A program made the translations under genes and the position numbers. A stretch of DNA of 64,000 nt from assembly GCF_009914755.1 (NCBI RefSeq), contig NC_060926.1; one strand, written 5' to 3'. Below are positions 28,930 through 42,963 of this stretch, one piece after another (within the stretch, counting starts at the first letter, position 1; every line of letters starts with the position of its first letter). Origin of the DNA: the human T2T-CHM13v2.0 reference genome, Homo sapiens. The notes below the pieces were generated by a model. It ran no database searches and was not told the DNA's origin. It saw only the letters and a list, made by a program, of their open reading frames with translations.

Positions 28930-29412
28930 GGCTGGGCACAGTGGCTCACGCCTGTAATCCTAACACTTTGGAAGGCCAAGGTGAAATTCAGGAGTTCAAG
29001 ACCAGGCTGGGCAACATAGGCAGACCTCATCTCTAAAAAAAAAAAAAAAAAAAATTTAAATAGTGGGACATGGTTACACACACCTGTGGTCCCAGCTACT
29101 TAGGAGGCTGAGGTAGAAGAATGCCTTTGGCCCAAAAAATCAAAGCTGCAGTGAGCCATAATTGTGCCCCTGCACTCCAGCCTGAGTAACAAAGTAAGGC
29201 CCTGTCAAGAAAGAAGAGAGAAAGAGAGGGAGAAAAGAGAGAAGGAAGAGAAAGAAAGAAAGAGAGAGACAGAGAGAAAGAAAGAAAAGAAAAGAAAAGA
29301 AAAGAAAAGGAAAAGAAAAGAAAAGGGAAGGAAGGAAGGGAGGGAGGGAGTGAGGGAAAGAAAGAAAGAGAGAAAGAGAGAAAGAAGGAAAGAAAGAAAG
29401 AAAGAAAAGAAG
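28930..29412 (+). mobile_element. AluJ with tail expanded into a ~200 bp GA-rich microsatellite
   Basis: Diverged Alu to ~29208, then (GAAA/GGAA/GA)n. Confidence 0.9.
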
Positions 29413-29499
29413 GTTAATATTCATAAATTATGCCCCCTATTAGATTTGACAGGGATGGAGTAGGCGTAGCTGTCTACACTGACACAGTAACTCCCTCTC

Positions 29500-29950
29500 C
29501 CCCAACACCTATCACCCTTACTCAGATCTTCATCATCTCTGACCTAGACTACGTCTTGGCCAACCATACTCTATGTTACCCATCTCTCTACACTGCTCCC
29601 CCAACCAGCGGGTAGAGGGGAACAGACCATGCCCCTCCCCTACTTAAAACCCATCAAAGGCTCACCGTGGCCTACCTATAAGTTCCAAGCCCCTTAATCT
29701 GGCAACCCAGGCCTTCCATGGTTTATCCCATGCCAACACCTCCACCTCCATCTCCAGCTCTCCTCACCTCCAGGCTCCAGCCACTCTAGCCAGTAGCACA
29801 CTCCACTTCGCCAAACCACTGCATGCCCCTGGGCCTTGGTCCATGCCTTCTCCTCACTTCTTGAACTGGCTGCCTCCTCACATCTCAAGGCCCTAGCTCA
29901 GGGATCACTCCTCCAGGAAGCCTCCACTTTCCCCACCCAACTCCCTTTAA
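29500..29950 (+). mobile_element. L2 fragment
   Basis: tacttaaaacccatcaaaggctc...gggccttggtccatgcc...gatcactcctccaggaagcct. Confidence 0.7.
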
Positions 29951-30573
29951 AAGCTGCTTTTGACGGCCCTCCTTTGCACTACAAAGTCAAGGGGATAGCA
30001 CATGAACAGCAGTGAGAAAGGATGATAGGTTCTGAAAAAGCAAATGAGTTCATGATTTCAGGGACAGGTGAGATATTGGTGCAAAAGAAATGAGAGTCTC
30101 AAGTAAAAACCAACTTGTGTCTATTATAAAGCAGGTGCACACAGCCAGGTGGTGGCAGGCTCTCTAAATCATAAGAGCTTGGATGAAAAAACAGACCCAA
30201 GTCACTTAAGGGGAGAATTTCTGCTGTTAAAACCACAAAAACTACATTACTCAATTTTTGAAAAACTAACTGAAGGGAGATGAATTCCTAAACTTTGGAT
30301 GATAATTAGACTCTATATGACTCTATCTATAACTACCATCTAAACGTCTTCACAACCTTCAGACTGTGATGAAGTTTTAGGAGCATGTTGGTTTGGGTTA
30401 CCATCTGTGTTAACTGTCCAGGAATCGCCTAGCATGGGTGATTCTTATCAAGACCTATAGAATAGGAAAAGAGGGCTATCATAGTAATCTGCTACCTAAA
30501 ACAACAACAATGAAACTACCCAGCTAGATAACCGTGCTACCAGAGCCACATGGACTATTTCCAGAGCTGCCTC

Positions 30574-30578
30574 TGTGT

Positions 30579-30615
<37 letters not shown>

Positions 30616-30627
30616 CGTGCGTGCATG
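30574..30627 (+). repeat. (TG)n-(TGCG)n microsatellite
   Basis: Read directly. Confidence 0.95.
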
Positions 30628-30684
30628 CCTCATTAATCACAATATTATTTTTAGTCCCTCTTCCAGTTGGTTCAGTTGAAGGAT

Positions 30685-31040
30685 AGAAAATAACTAATGT
30701 TTATTGTGCACATATTTATACACTAAGTACTATGTTTGGAGTATTTTCCGTATATTTGCTTATGTCATTTTTACAACAACCTTGTGAAATAAGCATGATT
30801 ATCTACTTCTTGCAAACAAAGAAACTGAAGCTCAGATAGCTCAACTAGGGATGGGAGGTGGATAAATGATGAGAAATCACTAAATGCGTAAAATGGGCAT
30901 TATTTGAGTGATGGACACACTGAAAGTCCAGATTTCACTATATCCATGTAACAAAATTGCACTTGTACCCCTTAAATTTATACAAATGAAAGGAAAGAAA
31001 AATATAGCTTAAATAAGTTGCCCAAGATCACAGTTACTAA
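30685..31040. mobile_element. MIR (- strand) split by a short L1 3' end (+ strand, ~30848-31000)
   Basis: MIR core gaaactgaagctcaga...aagttgcccaagatcacag is split by L1 3' UTR (tatccatgtaacaaaattgcacttgtaccccttaaattta); duplicated atagct(c/t)aa flanks it. Confidence 0.75.
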
Positions 31041-31680
31041 GATACTAATAAGTTCCATAAAACTACATCTTTATTGACAAAATAACAATGATAATAACAT
31101 AATACAAGAGAAAAAAGGACACAAACTCCTCCAAAAATTTATGCCAAGTTCCAAGCAAACATGGCAACACATATACAAGTAGCTAACAGTATAGAGCTGT
31201 CCAGAGCTTCTCTGGACAGAGTGTGAGTTCATAAATAGCTCTTAAAGACACCAGCGAACCTTTGACTGCCCATACTCAACCCACAGAAGGTTCCCATGTT
31301 CCTATTTCCTTATCAGGGAATGTAATTTCTAACAGAGAGCAGAGCCTGAAAAATAAATACAAAGCCAAGGATATTCTAGGTAAGCACTAAAACATAACTT
31401 TTTAAATGTCAAATATATAGATATGTATTTTTCAGAGATCAGATGTTTCTCCTCATCTAAACATGTCATTATCAGACTTCTTTCCTAGAAATTGCCTTTT
31501 CCCTGGAAAACATGAACTTTCAAGTTAGCCGCAGAAGAGTGTGCTTAGGATTCAGACCACAATATTTCAATAAAACCCCTCCTCATGACCCAAGCCCATG
31601 TTTCAATATATAGGTTTTTCAAAAGCAGGTGTCTCATACCTCTTAGATACACTTTGAAAAATGGAGGAAAACCTCATTAG

Positions 31681-32016
<336 letters not shown>

Positions 32017-32049
32017 TAAAAAAGAAATTACTAGTACGAAAAAATACAT

Positions 32050-32330
<281 letters not shown>

Positions 32331-33537
32331 AAATAAGTACATAAACGTGCATCTCAACTTGCAGTTTGAGTGCAAGTTGACATTTCAGGGCTGACGTGAC
32401 CTATTTGTGGTGATGACTGTATTATGCGCATGAACCCATTAATGTCTTCTGGATATGGTATCCTGTCCCATTCATCACATTAAGAATTTAGCAGCTGAAA
32501 ACCCCAGATACACTGAGATTATCTGGCCAAAGAACACTGGTCTTACAGGATTAAAATGATAATCACACTCCAGAGACAACTAACAGTGAACTCAGATTAA
32601 AAAAAATCTCTCGACAATGGAAACCATCCTAAGATTTAAGAGAAAATCAATCAAGGAGCTACTCGACCCTAATCTGAGGTCTGTATTTGTTCACCAAGGT
32701 TCACAGTTATTTGTTTGCCTCCTGGCTTTAAGGAAAATGAACTAATAAAAAATAAAGTAAAATAAAATAAAATATTCCTGAATAACCCATGATACCCAAG
32801 AAGACCACCACACTTCCATGTTGCACGAAAGGAGCTTTTTCCAAGGTCAATGTGAGCTTTACTATATAGATTGTGTTTATATGTAAGATACAAGCACTTT
32901 TTAAACTGTCTGAAAATACTGGTAATCTGAAAACTGTGACTTGCTTAAAATCATACACTCTGTGATGTCTTTTCAATAGTCCCTGTGATCTTCTAATATG
33001 GGGAAGTGGTTTTTACCAAGCTAACCACCAGCCTTGAAATACCTAATGATGCCCTGAGACTGGAGGGAATCATTCCAAATTGCTCTAAATTGAACTTCCC
33101 ATGGTAGGAACAAAGGGTGACACTTAACTCAAGGCCAACAGCCATGGACCTTGGGGGGTCTAATTTTCCACTCAGGATTCCAGTCTTGGGAACTTCAGGA
33201 TTTTAAAGTACAGTGTCTCAATCTGGCATGCAGAGTGATCTTGCCCGTTTACCCAGAGAAAGAGCCTATGTGGTGGTTTTGTGATTTCCCTGAGATTCCC
33301 CATCTATGCTGGAAGCTGGAGAGCTCCAGGCTAGAGATGGAGCTAACCGGGGAAATGTCAAGTCGCTTGCCCCGGGTGTCATCATTTATTTACACAGAAT
33401 CACCCAGATGTCAAAGTGTTCTCCTTAAAGATAAGCTACCTCATTCTCAAAACGCATGTCAGCCCTCTACACCAGACCTATTACAGTAAATCGTGAATGA
33501 CAGAGCAAATCGACTCCCCTCTGGGAAGAATCACGCT

Positions 33538-34070
33538 TTATTAGGATATTTTTTGGTTGCAAAAAATAGAACTCCATTTGAGCTAGCTTAAGCAAAGGAA
33601 AGGTGTATTATAAGAATTCTGGGAGCATCTTAAAGAATACAAGAGCAGTTAAACAGCCAAGCTTCAGAAAGAGCAAGAAGCAGGAGTTGGGACATTGTTG
33701 AGAACTCTGCAAGTCTCCTTATCACAGCATCTGCTTCGTTCTTTCCCAGTCTTCCCGGTGGAAAACAGCCACTGCCAACATTTGCTTCACTTCTGTGCTC
33801 TCCATTCAAGACAGCATCCCAACTGACTTGCGTGGAGAAGTACAGGTTCTGACCCGTACTTCTGACCCACCAGCTATAAATCAGAATTCCATTTTCCCAA
33901 AGAAAGAATATGATGGACTTAGCCTGGATCACATGCCCACCACTCAACCAATCAACTGTGGATAGAGGGAAGGGTCATTTGTTCAAACATGGCTGCCCCC
34001 ACTGAAACAGTGGGATGGGAAGATCAAGAAGGAATAAGGTGGACAGACTTAGCAGACAAAAATACAGAAG
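33538..34070 (-). mobile_element. Old MLT1 (L/M/N-like) LTR
   Basis: ttaggatattttttggttgca...gctagcttaagcaaagg and ctggatcacatgcccaccactcaaccaatcaactgtgg. Confidence 0.65.
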
Positions 34071-34237
34071 GCCCAGTCAAATGTAAATGTCATGTGAACA
34101 ACTAATCATGTTTAAGTATTAGTATGTCCTCTGCAGGGCCCTGCTGAACCATAAGATATTAATCGATATTGCATAGAAAAGATTTCCATGATTTAAAAGG
34201 CTCAGGAAACACTGGGTAACATCTATGCGTTCATTGA

Positions 34238-34603
<366 letters not shown>

Positions 34604-34767
34604 GATTTCTCAGAACTTTTAATGCTTCAGTGTGTACTGTGACTCTCTGAGAGGGAAAATGGAGTAGACGGGGTTTCCCAAACTCATCTGACCAAATGCC
34701 TGGTGTTGCTTAGAACCCAGTCTGAGAAATGCCGATATAAGGCAAAGGAAGAATAATTATTATTATT

Positions 34768-35054
34768 GGCTGGGCACAGTGGCTCACGCCTGTAATCCCA
34801 GCACTTTAGGGGGGTTACTTGAGACCAGGAGTTTGAGATCAGCCAGGGCAACAAAGCAATATCCCATCTCTACAAAAAAATGAAAACATTATTAGGTTGG
34901 TGCAAAAGAAATTGTGGTTTTGCCACTGTGGCTACTTAGGAGGCTGAGGCAAGAGGATCACTTGGTCTGGGAAGTTCAAGGCTGCAGTGAGCCATGATCA
35001 CATCACTGCACTTCACCCTGGGAGACAGAACAAGACCCTGTCTCTTTAAAAAAA
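34768..35054 (+). mobile_element. AluJ carrying half a MADE1 in its linker
   Basis: Alu left arm, A-linker, MADE1 TIR, then right arm missing its first ~30 bp. Confidence 0.85.
34892..34927 (+). mobile_element. Single Hsmar1/MADE1 terminal inverted repeat
   Basis: ttaggttggtgcaaaagaaattgtggttttgccact versus MADE1 consensus TTAGGTTGGTGCAAAAGTAATTGCGGTTTTTGCCATT; preceded by TA. Confidence 0.88.
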
Positions 35055-35869
35055 CTTATTATAATTATCATAGATTTTATATGTAGAGCGAGAGAAACAG
35101 AGAGCGAGAGAGAAGAATTATTTCAATTGGCAACCAGCTCCCAACAATCCTGGAGGTAGCCCAATGGAAATGCACATTCATGAAGTTCTTGGTATGTGCA
35201 TTCTCGATAAAACTCTAAGGCCTCAAGCCTGCACCTGCCAGTTCCAGACCTGATATTTTGATTATCCTATAGACATAAGCTAACCCCAAATTTTACAGAA
35301 GCTATTTGATTATTTTATTGAGGCCATTTTAACCTCTTTTCATAGGGCTTCTAGTCCCTTTCCGATACCTTCATCCCCTACCAAAATCACTACTCTATTT
35401 GCATATTACCATATGAACCAGAAAGGAAGTTCCGATTGTGGCCAGTGACACTGCCTATAAGAAATGGCAACAAATTGTACCAGCAGCACGAGTAACTAAT
35501 GGCTAAGCATTCCCCAATCATAAAAATCACCTTCTTGAAACTGCTGTCTCTTCAATACCTTTGACTTCACCCTGAAGTGCCTCCCCCACTGTCTTGTCTT
35601 TCCCCACTGCCCACTCTCACTCAGCACTGTCTGTCCCTTTAATATGTCAACTTACCCTTCCGTGACTGTTCCTTCTGAGGGCTCTGAAATGCCTCCAAAG
35701 ATATAAAAGTGCAAACACAATCCAGTTTGAAACAACTGTACCACGTATACCTTCTTGAACCTGGATATACCCGTTTTCAAAATGTACATGTATCATGACA
35801 AGTATGCAAATAATCAAAACATGAAATTTGCTCCAGTTTATAAGATTCACAAGGATTAGATATTAGTGA

Positions 35870-36225
35870 TTTAGACATAGTTCACTGAAAATTTGAAGAT
35901 TGGATGTTTGATTTTTTTAAATTATTGTTAATGTTTTTAAATGTGTTAATGGTTTTTTGGTTATGTTAAAAACAAAGAAAGGGAAGAAAGAAAGAAAAGA
36001 AAAAACATGTGTGTGGGGGGGGTCCTTAACTTCTGTGAAAAGTTATGATGTCCAGAATTTGCTTCAAGATAACACAGGTAGGTGAGTGAATGGATGCAAG
36101 TGCAGATGGGGCAGGACGGGCTGGAGGTTAATGATTGTTCGTGTTGAATGTTGGTTCCATGGGGTTTAGGTGTTATTCATTATATTGCTTCTGTTAATTT
36201 TTATGTGTATTTCAAAATGCTTTTC
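35870..36225 (+). mobile_element. L1MC-type 3' end (last few bases resume after 37241)
   Basis: aattattgttaatgtttttaaatgtgttaatgg...tgatgtccagaatttgcttcaa; resumes as ccataataaaattttt after the MER21. Confidence 0.65.
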
Positions 36226-37241
36226 TGAGATATAGAAAAAAAAGTGCTTTTTCTACCCTCACTCACCCGTCAACACAACAATGTGACACCAGGTTTGGGG
36301 AGGAGATGTCCTCACACACTAACAAAGCGATTCTGCAGGGGACACCAGCTAGGTATCACCTAGCACAATTCAATTCTGACATCATCTACCTAGGAATAGT
36401 GTCAGATCCCATAGGTTGAGGGCTCAGCCCCACAAGATTGCTCCCACTTTAAATACCAATCGCAAGTAGTAGGTTGTGGCCTGCACTTCCGGCCTACCAG
36501 CATTAAATTGGGATTCCCATGATCCCCCACCTCTAGTTTGACTAATTTTCTAGACAGGCTAACAGATCTCAGGAAGACACTTTACTTACATTTATCCATT
36601 TATTTAAAGGATATTACAGAAGACACAGATGAACAGCCAGATGGAATAGATAGATGCATAGGGCAAGGTATGGGGGAAGGGGCATGGAGTTTCCATGCCA
36701 TCTCCAGGCATGCCACCCTCCAGAACTTCCAAGTGCTCAGTAATTCGGAAGCTTTCTGAACCCACTCCTTTCGGGTTTTTATGGAGGCTTCACTAGGTAG
36801 GGCATGATTAATTACATCATTGGTCATTGATGATCGACTCAACCTTCAGCCTCTCTCCTCTTCCAGGAGGTCAAAGGATGGAGCTGAGAGTTCCAATCCT
36901 CTAATCACAGAGTTGGTTCCCCTGGCAACCAGCCCCCATCCTGAGGCTACCCAGGAGCCCACCAAGTCACCTCATTAGAACAAAAGATGCTCCTATTACC
37001 CAGGAAATTCCAAGGGATTTAGGAGCTCTGTGTCAGGTGCTTACACCACTAAGAAAATTACAGAGGAAAGGTCTTAGGAGCACTTTTGTCTTGAGGGTGA
37101 AAAACCAAATATCGGAACAAAAGATTCCTCTAGCGCCCCTATCTACAAGGCCTTTAGGATTCTGTGCCAAGAACAGGTAGGTGGGCGGAGAGGGAAGGGC
37201 AGAGACCAAATATATGTTTTGCATTATATCACAATATCATA
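36226..37241 (-). mobile_element. MER21-family LTR
   Basis: Right end cattatatcacaatatcata is the reverse complement of the MER21 start; internal caattcaattctgaca...tcagatccca...agggctcag motifs. Confidence 0.88.
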
Positions 37242-38015
37242 GCTCCATAATAAAATTTTTAAAGTAAATAAATAGGTGAGGTTAACTGATCAGAACTTGG
37301 AGCTAGAGAATGGAAGTTCTGATACGACAGCTCAGCCGTTGTCCTAGATGAAATCTGAGCTACCAAGTTGAAAGAAAGCTTGAGCAGTTGTCTTTTCCCC
37401 ATTGTTCCAAGCTGTATCCTGTAGTGCTCTCATTTAAGTATTTCTGCTCTGGTGAGATCCTCTTTGCTCTGACTCCACACCAGCTGAGCACAGATGTTCA
37501 CTCCCTGTGTTAGGGAATGTGAACCAGGTCTTGGTTTCTGCTTATGCAGTCACTCAAGAAATAGACATCAAGTACTGAGTCTTCTTCCATGGCTGTCTGT
37601 GGAAACCTTTGTTCCCCTCTGCTGGATGTGGCAAATGCTGGCTGTTGCTCTGAGGCTGAGCTTTCTGTCATTCTCACATGAGCTCTCTCTCTGGGTTGCT
37701 GCAATCTCCATTTTCTCATGCTGAGGTGACAAGAGGTGCTCTTCAAACTCTTCTGGCAGAGCAAGTGCCTTTCTGAGAAGAGCACAAACCTGAAGCAGAG
37801 CCATCCCTCAGAAACCACAGAAACAGTGACAGTTCCTATGGCACAGTTTTAAACACAGCAGCAGCAGCCCAGGAACGCTGAGGGCCGACATCATTCACTC
37901 CACCAAAACACAAGTTTCGAAGGCAATTCTGGTTCATGATTAGGTCTACTTCATTATCTGTCTGTAAGGCAGGTGTTTGGGAGACAGTAAGCTTTAATGA
38001 AAAGAGAGTACATCC

Positions 38016-38400
38016 TGTATCAGTCCAAGTTTCTTGGTTTCAAACCATAGGCACCATTTCTGGCTGATTTAAGCAAGATGAGAATTTACTGGAAGGATGT
38101 CTTGGTAGCTTACAGATTCTCCAAAAAAGCTGGGAAACCAAGTTAACAAAACAGGCAGGAACAAAGAAACAAAGTTTCCTGGGACCCACCTAAAATGAAC
38201 TGCCCCTGCATCTAAATACTAAAACCTCCAGCACTGTTGCCGACACTGGTCCTAGGTCTTGTCATGGTCCCTGCTTCGTCACTTCACTCACTCCTGATTC
38301 AAGTCCAAGTCGAGGGCATCTGACAGAATAAGCCCTGCCTTCCAAGTAGGATGGCAAAGGAGTGTCAGGCCTTTTCTGCCTCCATGCTGGCTTCTACACA
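38016..38400 (-). mobile_element. Old MLT1 (M/O-like) LTR
   Basis: tgtatcagtccaagtttcttggtt...tctggctgatttaagcaa...aatttactggaagg. Confidence 0.55.
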
Positions 38401-39629
38401 TGGGTGTCATTCCAGTGAAGTACTAATTTCACATGTGTTGCCCTATGATGCTGAGCAGCTGATCTCCCATGCCGTTTAGATGTAGAATAGACTCCAAGAC
38501 TAATGCAGAAGAAGCTACCCTTGAGGTTCTGTCGAAGACTATCTACTGTGTGGAGGGAAAGCCTCCTTCTTAGGGCAAAATTAGGGCATATGAGCAAGAA
38601 GAATGCGAAATTGTTATGCTTCAGACCCTCAAAGGGGCTGCCTTCTGTAGTCACCACTTGTCCTCTCCTCACCTGTGAACTTCTAACATTTGCATTCAAT
38701 GTTTGTTACGTAATCATTTTTTATTGTAAATTTTCTTTCATTGACAAGAAAATGATGAAAGAGGAGAGCAAAGGGACCATGGTGATAACCTGCCTTTTTC
38801 AATTTTTCTCCAAAATAAAGAAGAAATGAAAGGTATTTACTCACCCTGAAAACAGTTCAAGAGCCTAGATCCATGGGCATCTGCCTTTCCTGATTTGGGA
38901 AGAAGATCTCTGCCACTCCCCAATGTGGCCAGAGAGCACAGTGGCAACACAGGCTTCTGACCACACACATTTGAATTCTCAGTCATCTTTGCTGCCATTC
39001 CGGCAGACACCAAACTCACACACAGCCTGAACACAGTTATTATAATGAGCCTGTGCTTACTTTGCAAGATCGTCAAGAGTTAAACCAAGTCTGAACTCTT
39101 CATTTGCAATATCATACAGTTCACAGATGGAATAATCCATGATTGCGTCTTGGACTACTTTAGAATTAAACTTGCAAGTTTGGAATATTGAAGCAAACCT
39201 GAACTGCCTGTTTCCAGTTCCCTTCTTCATTCATATCAATGATCAATGCCTCTGTGTCTGCATTTATAACTCTACTTGACCCCCTGCCCGACATGTGTAA
39301 TTTGCCATGTAGTATATTGCCTTAGTGCAGCTCAAGGCTGTGATGGGTAATCTCACTTCTCGTAATTGAGGGCGCTTGTTTTCCCCTTTGCCAATGAGGA
39401 GAGCAATTGGAAATCCTGCTGAATCCACAGTTCCTCTTAGAACCTGAGCTGAAAGTTACAGCCACTTACTTTTTCAACCTATGCTTTCCAGGGATAAGTC
39501 ATAAGCCTTAAAATATAAGGCAATATCCAAATAGGCCCAGACACGCACTGATGTTAAACAAAACATCTGATCAGACTCGAAAACCAGGAAGCTATCAAAC
39601 ACTACTTGGGTCATGTCAGAAAGACACAG

Positions 39630-39932
39630 GGCCGAGCATGGTGACTCACGCCTGTAATCCCAGCACTTTAGGAGGCCAAGGTGGGAGGATTGCTTGAGCC
39701 CTGAAGTTTGAGATCAGCCTGGGCAACATGGCAAAACCCCTATCTCTACAAAAAAAAAAAATTAAGTTAGCTAGGCATGGTGGCGTATACCTGTGGTTCC
39801 AGGTACTTGGGAGGCAGAGGTGGAAGAATCCCCCGAACCTAGGAGTTGGAGTGAGCTGTGATTATACCACTGGACTCCAGCCTGGGTAACAGAGTGAGAG
39901 ACTCTGTCTCAAAACAAAAACAGAAACAAAAA
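39630..39932 (+). mobile_element. AluJ
   Basis: Dimeric Alu; TSD aaagac(a/t)cagg. Confidence 0.93.
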
Positions 39933-40475
39933 AGACTCAGGGGCTAACTTGAATAGGCTCTCACAGATCAAAGCTGACACAATTTGAGTATAAGAAAAAA
40001 TAATAGCAGCAAGAGATTGAATATTTAAATCCATGAGTTATAATGATAGAAAAAAATCACCATCACTAATTGATCACATGTGGGGGATGCTAGGAAACCA
40101 ACTCACTATTTTTAAAACTGGTAAACACAAAGGTAAATACTTGAGCATTATGTCTCTTTTCCCATTTAAACTGTACCACTGATAACCAGTCAGTGAAGGA
40201 AAATTCCTCTTTACAGAAGTAGTCTACCTAAAAAATAAAGGATATGTGAAAGAATAAGAAAATTATCACTTTGAAACTTCTAGTAAATAAAGGCATCAAG
40301 GCAATGATCATCAGTGGCTGCTCACGTCACAGAAACAGCCACACATCACGTGCCTCCTGGTGGAGGAGCCCATCATTATCTATGAAGTAGTCTTGCCAAA
40401 AAAAAAAAAAAAAAATTAAACACAAGTTTGCTCAAGTTTGCTTCAATTTACCAATTTATAGAAAATAAACAAGTA

Positions 40476-40847
<372 letters not shown>

Positions 40848-42963
40848 TCAGACTTTGGGAAATACCACAGACCAAGCAACTGTATTTCTTCAATAATAAC
40901 AACAAAAGTTGCAGATAAAAAAAGAAATGAAGAGGCACCTACAGAACAAACTTGCACTTGTCCATTTACCACCAAAATTGGGCAAGGAGTGTCCCAAGAG
41001 CCACCCCAGTGGACCACGTGGGTGCCAGACACATCCTCCTCCATCCCCATGTGTAACAGCATCTGTGTAACATTCTCCTGAAGCTCAGGGCCAATTGTCA
41101 GGATAATGATCCTTCTTCTCGCTTCCTGGTCCCTTAGCACAAGGAGCTACAAATGTTGAAGCAGCATTTGCAGTCTATAATTCAACAGGACTCTTTCAGT
41201 GTCCCCTTGAGGAAGTGTTTCCCATTCAGGACTCTAAAATTCTAAACCAACAGAGCCGAGTTGCAAGTTCAGGAAGCACAAATTCCCCAAGTGAATAAGT
41301 AGGAGTGGCAGTGAGTGAAACCAACTCCTGATTCCTCCCTTTGGATTCCAAATCCGTGTGTTCCTGCTATTGGAACAAGGAACCATATCAAATGTACTAC
41401 ATTCTCAAGAATGGTGTCCAATTTTCACAAAGCATCATCTCTGAGCTGGCACTTCAGCTGTACCTTTTAAAGGCCATTCTAAAATGTTATTAGGCCAGCA
41501 GCTTCCAGGGGATACAATACAAGATACAACCAGAGGACATCATCGTCATGGGCCCATCCCCATACCTTTTTTTCTGTGTAATGGGACCCCTGGCCTGACA
41601 CTGTAAGCCCTTAGATGGTGCTGTTGGCTGAAACCCTACAAGCAGGGAAGACAAACTCATGACTGGATTATGTGTATATTCCCATCAGAATGAATTGCTG
41701 GCTCATCCAGGGAGGAAAGATCTAATGTAATCGACTTGCCACCAAGTGTCTGGTTGGACTCTTCAAGACATGGTCCCATACCAGGGTGTCAGCATTGTTC
41801 TCAGTTGCTGGCAGGTTGGACCTCTGTGGTGGTAGTAACTACATCAGCCCTGGTAAGCAGGAGTCCGTGTTGTTAGACCTATGTGTGGCCTCCATCTCTG
41901 CCATGATAGTCAATGAACTCAGGTGCCCTTCATGCCAGGCACTGGTGCAGCTGATGACAGATGCTGGGTGACATCGACAGGTTGAGTCATTTTGCCTACT
42001 TGGTTGTTTAGTGACACTTCTGTGACAGATGGTCAATTTAAACTTGTAATACAGTAATTTTCCAATTTTGACTATTCCTGTGTGTGTAGTGACATGCCTC
42101 TACACCAATAACTTTTGTCCCTGATATTATAATCTTTTTCCTTCCAGCCTCAGACCAGCCAGACAGCAAGTCATTCACCACTGCCCATGAATCCATATAC
42201 ATTCCAACCTTGAGTCACTTTTCTTTCCAAACAGTGAATAACTAGGTGCATCTCCCAAATCCCTGCCCACTGGGAGTGTTTTGCCTCATCAATGTCTTCC
42301 AAGGCCACCTGTGACTGGGGCTGCAGAGCAGTTGTTTTGCAACTTTCACTTGCACTCACATGCAGAGCCAACCCATCTGCGAATCAAACTGAGGATATTT
42401 CCTCCTCCATCGACTGATCTAAAGGAACCCCCATATAGCCATAGGACCCCCATATAGCCATAGGAGTGAGCTGAGGGAGAGGCATTTGTACTATCGTGGG
42501 GTTGACATGAGGCCCTGGGCTACCTGTTCATGCAGTTTACTTGTGTCCTCTGGTCCAGATCATGTTGGATTCCAAATGTTCCATTTTCCTTTTTATACAG
42601 GATGGTTATTGCCCAAACTTGTGACTTGGTGAATCTGTAGAATCTAGTTCACGATGGCTGCATGATCATTGGTGTTTATGTTCAGGCATTCCATCTCTAT
42701 CAGGGCCCAGCAGCACCCAGAGTTGTTTTTCAAAAGGCTTATCATTCTCTTGATGGAGCTAGAATTCTAGGGGTCAACATGGCAATTCTTCTGTTGGGAC
42801 TTGCCACAAAAGTCCATACAGCATCTTTTCTGACTGCTCACATAGCTAAAACCATAAAAGCTATTGGATCATGCGGCTCAAGCTACAGAGCTTCTTTCTT
42901 GCTTTGAGACCCACTCGAACGTGACAGCATTTCGTGTCATCTAGTTTGTCCATCATAGGTGGG

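Noticed and set aside
31197-31219. 10 bp hairpin ctgtccagag-ctt-ctctggacag
   Set aside because: Isolated and too short for a pre-miRNA; no other support. A bacterial terminator reading does not apply here.
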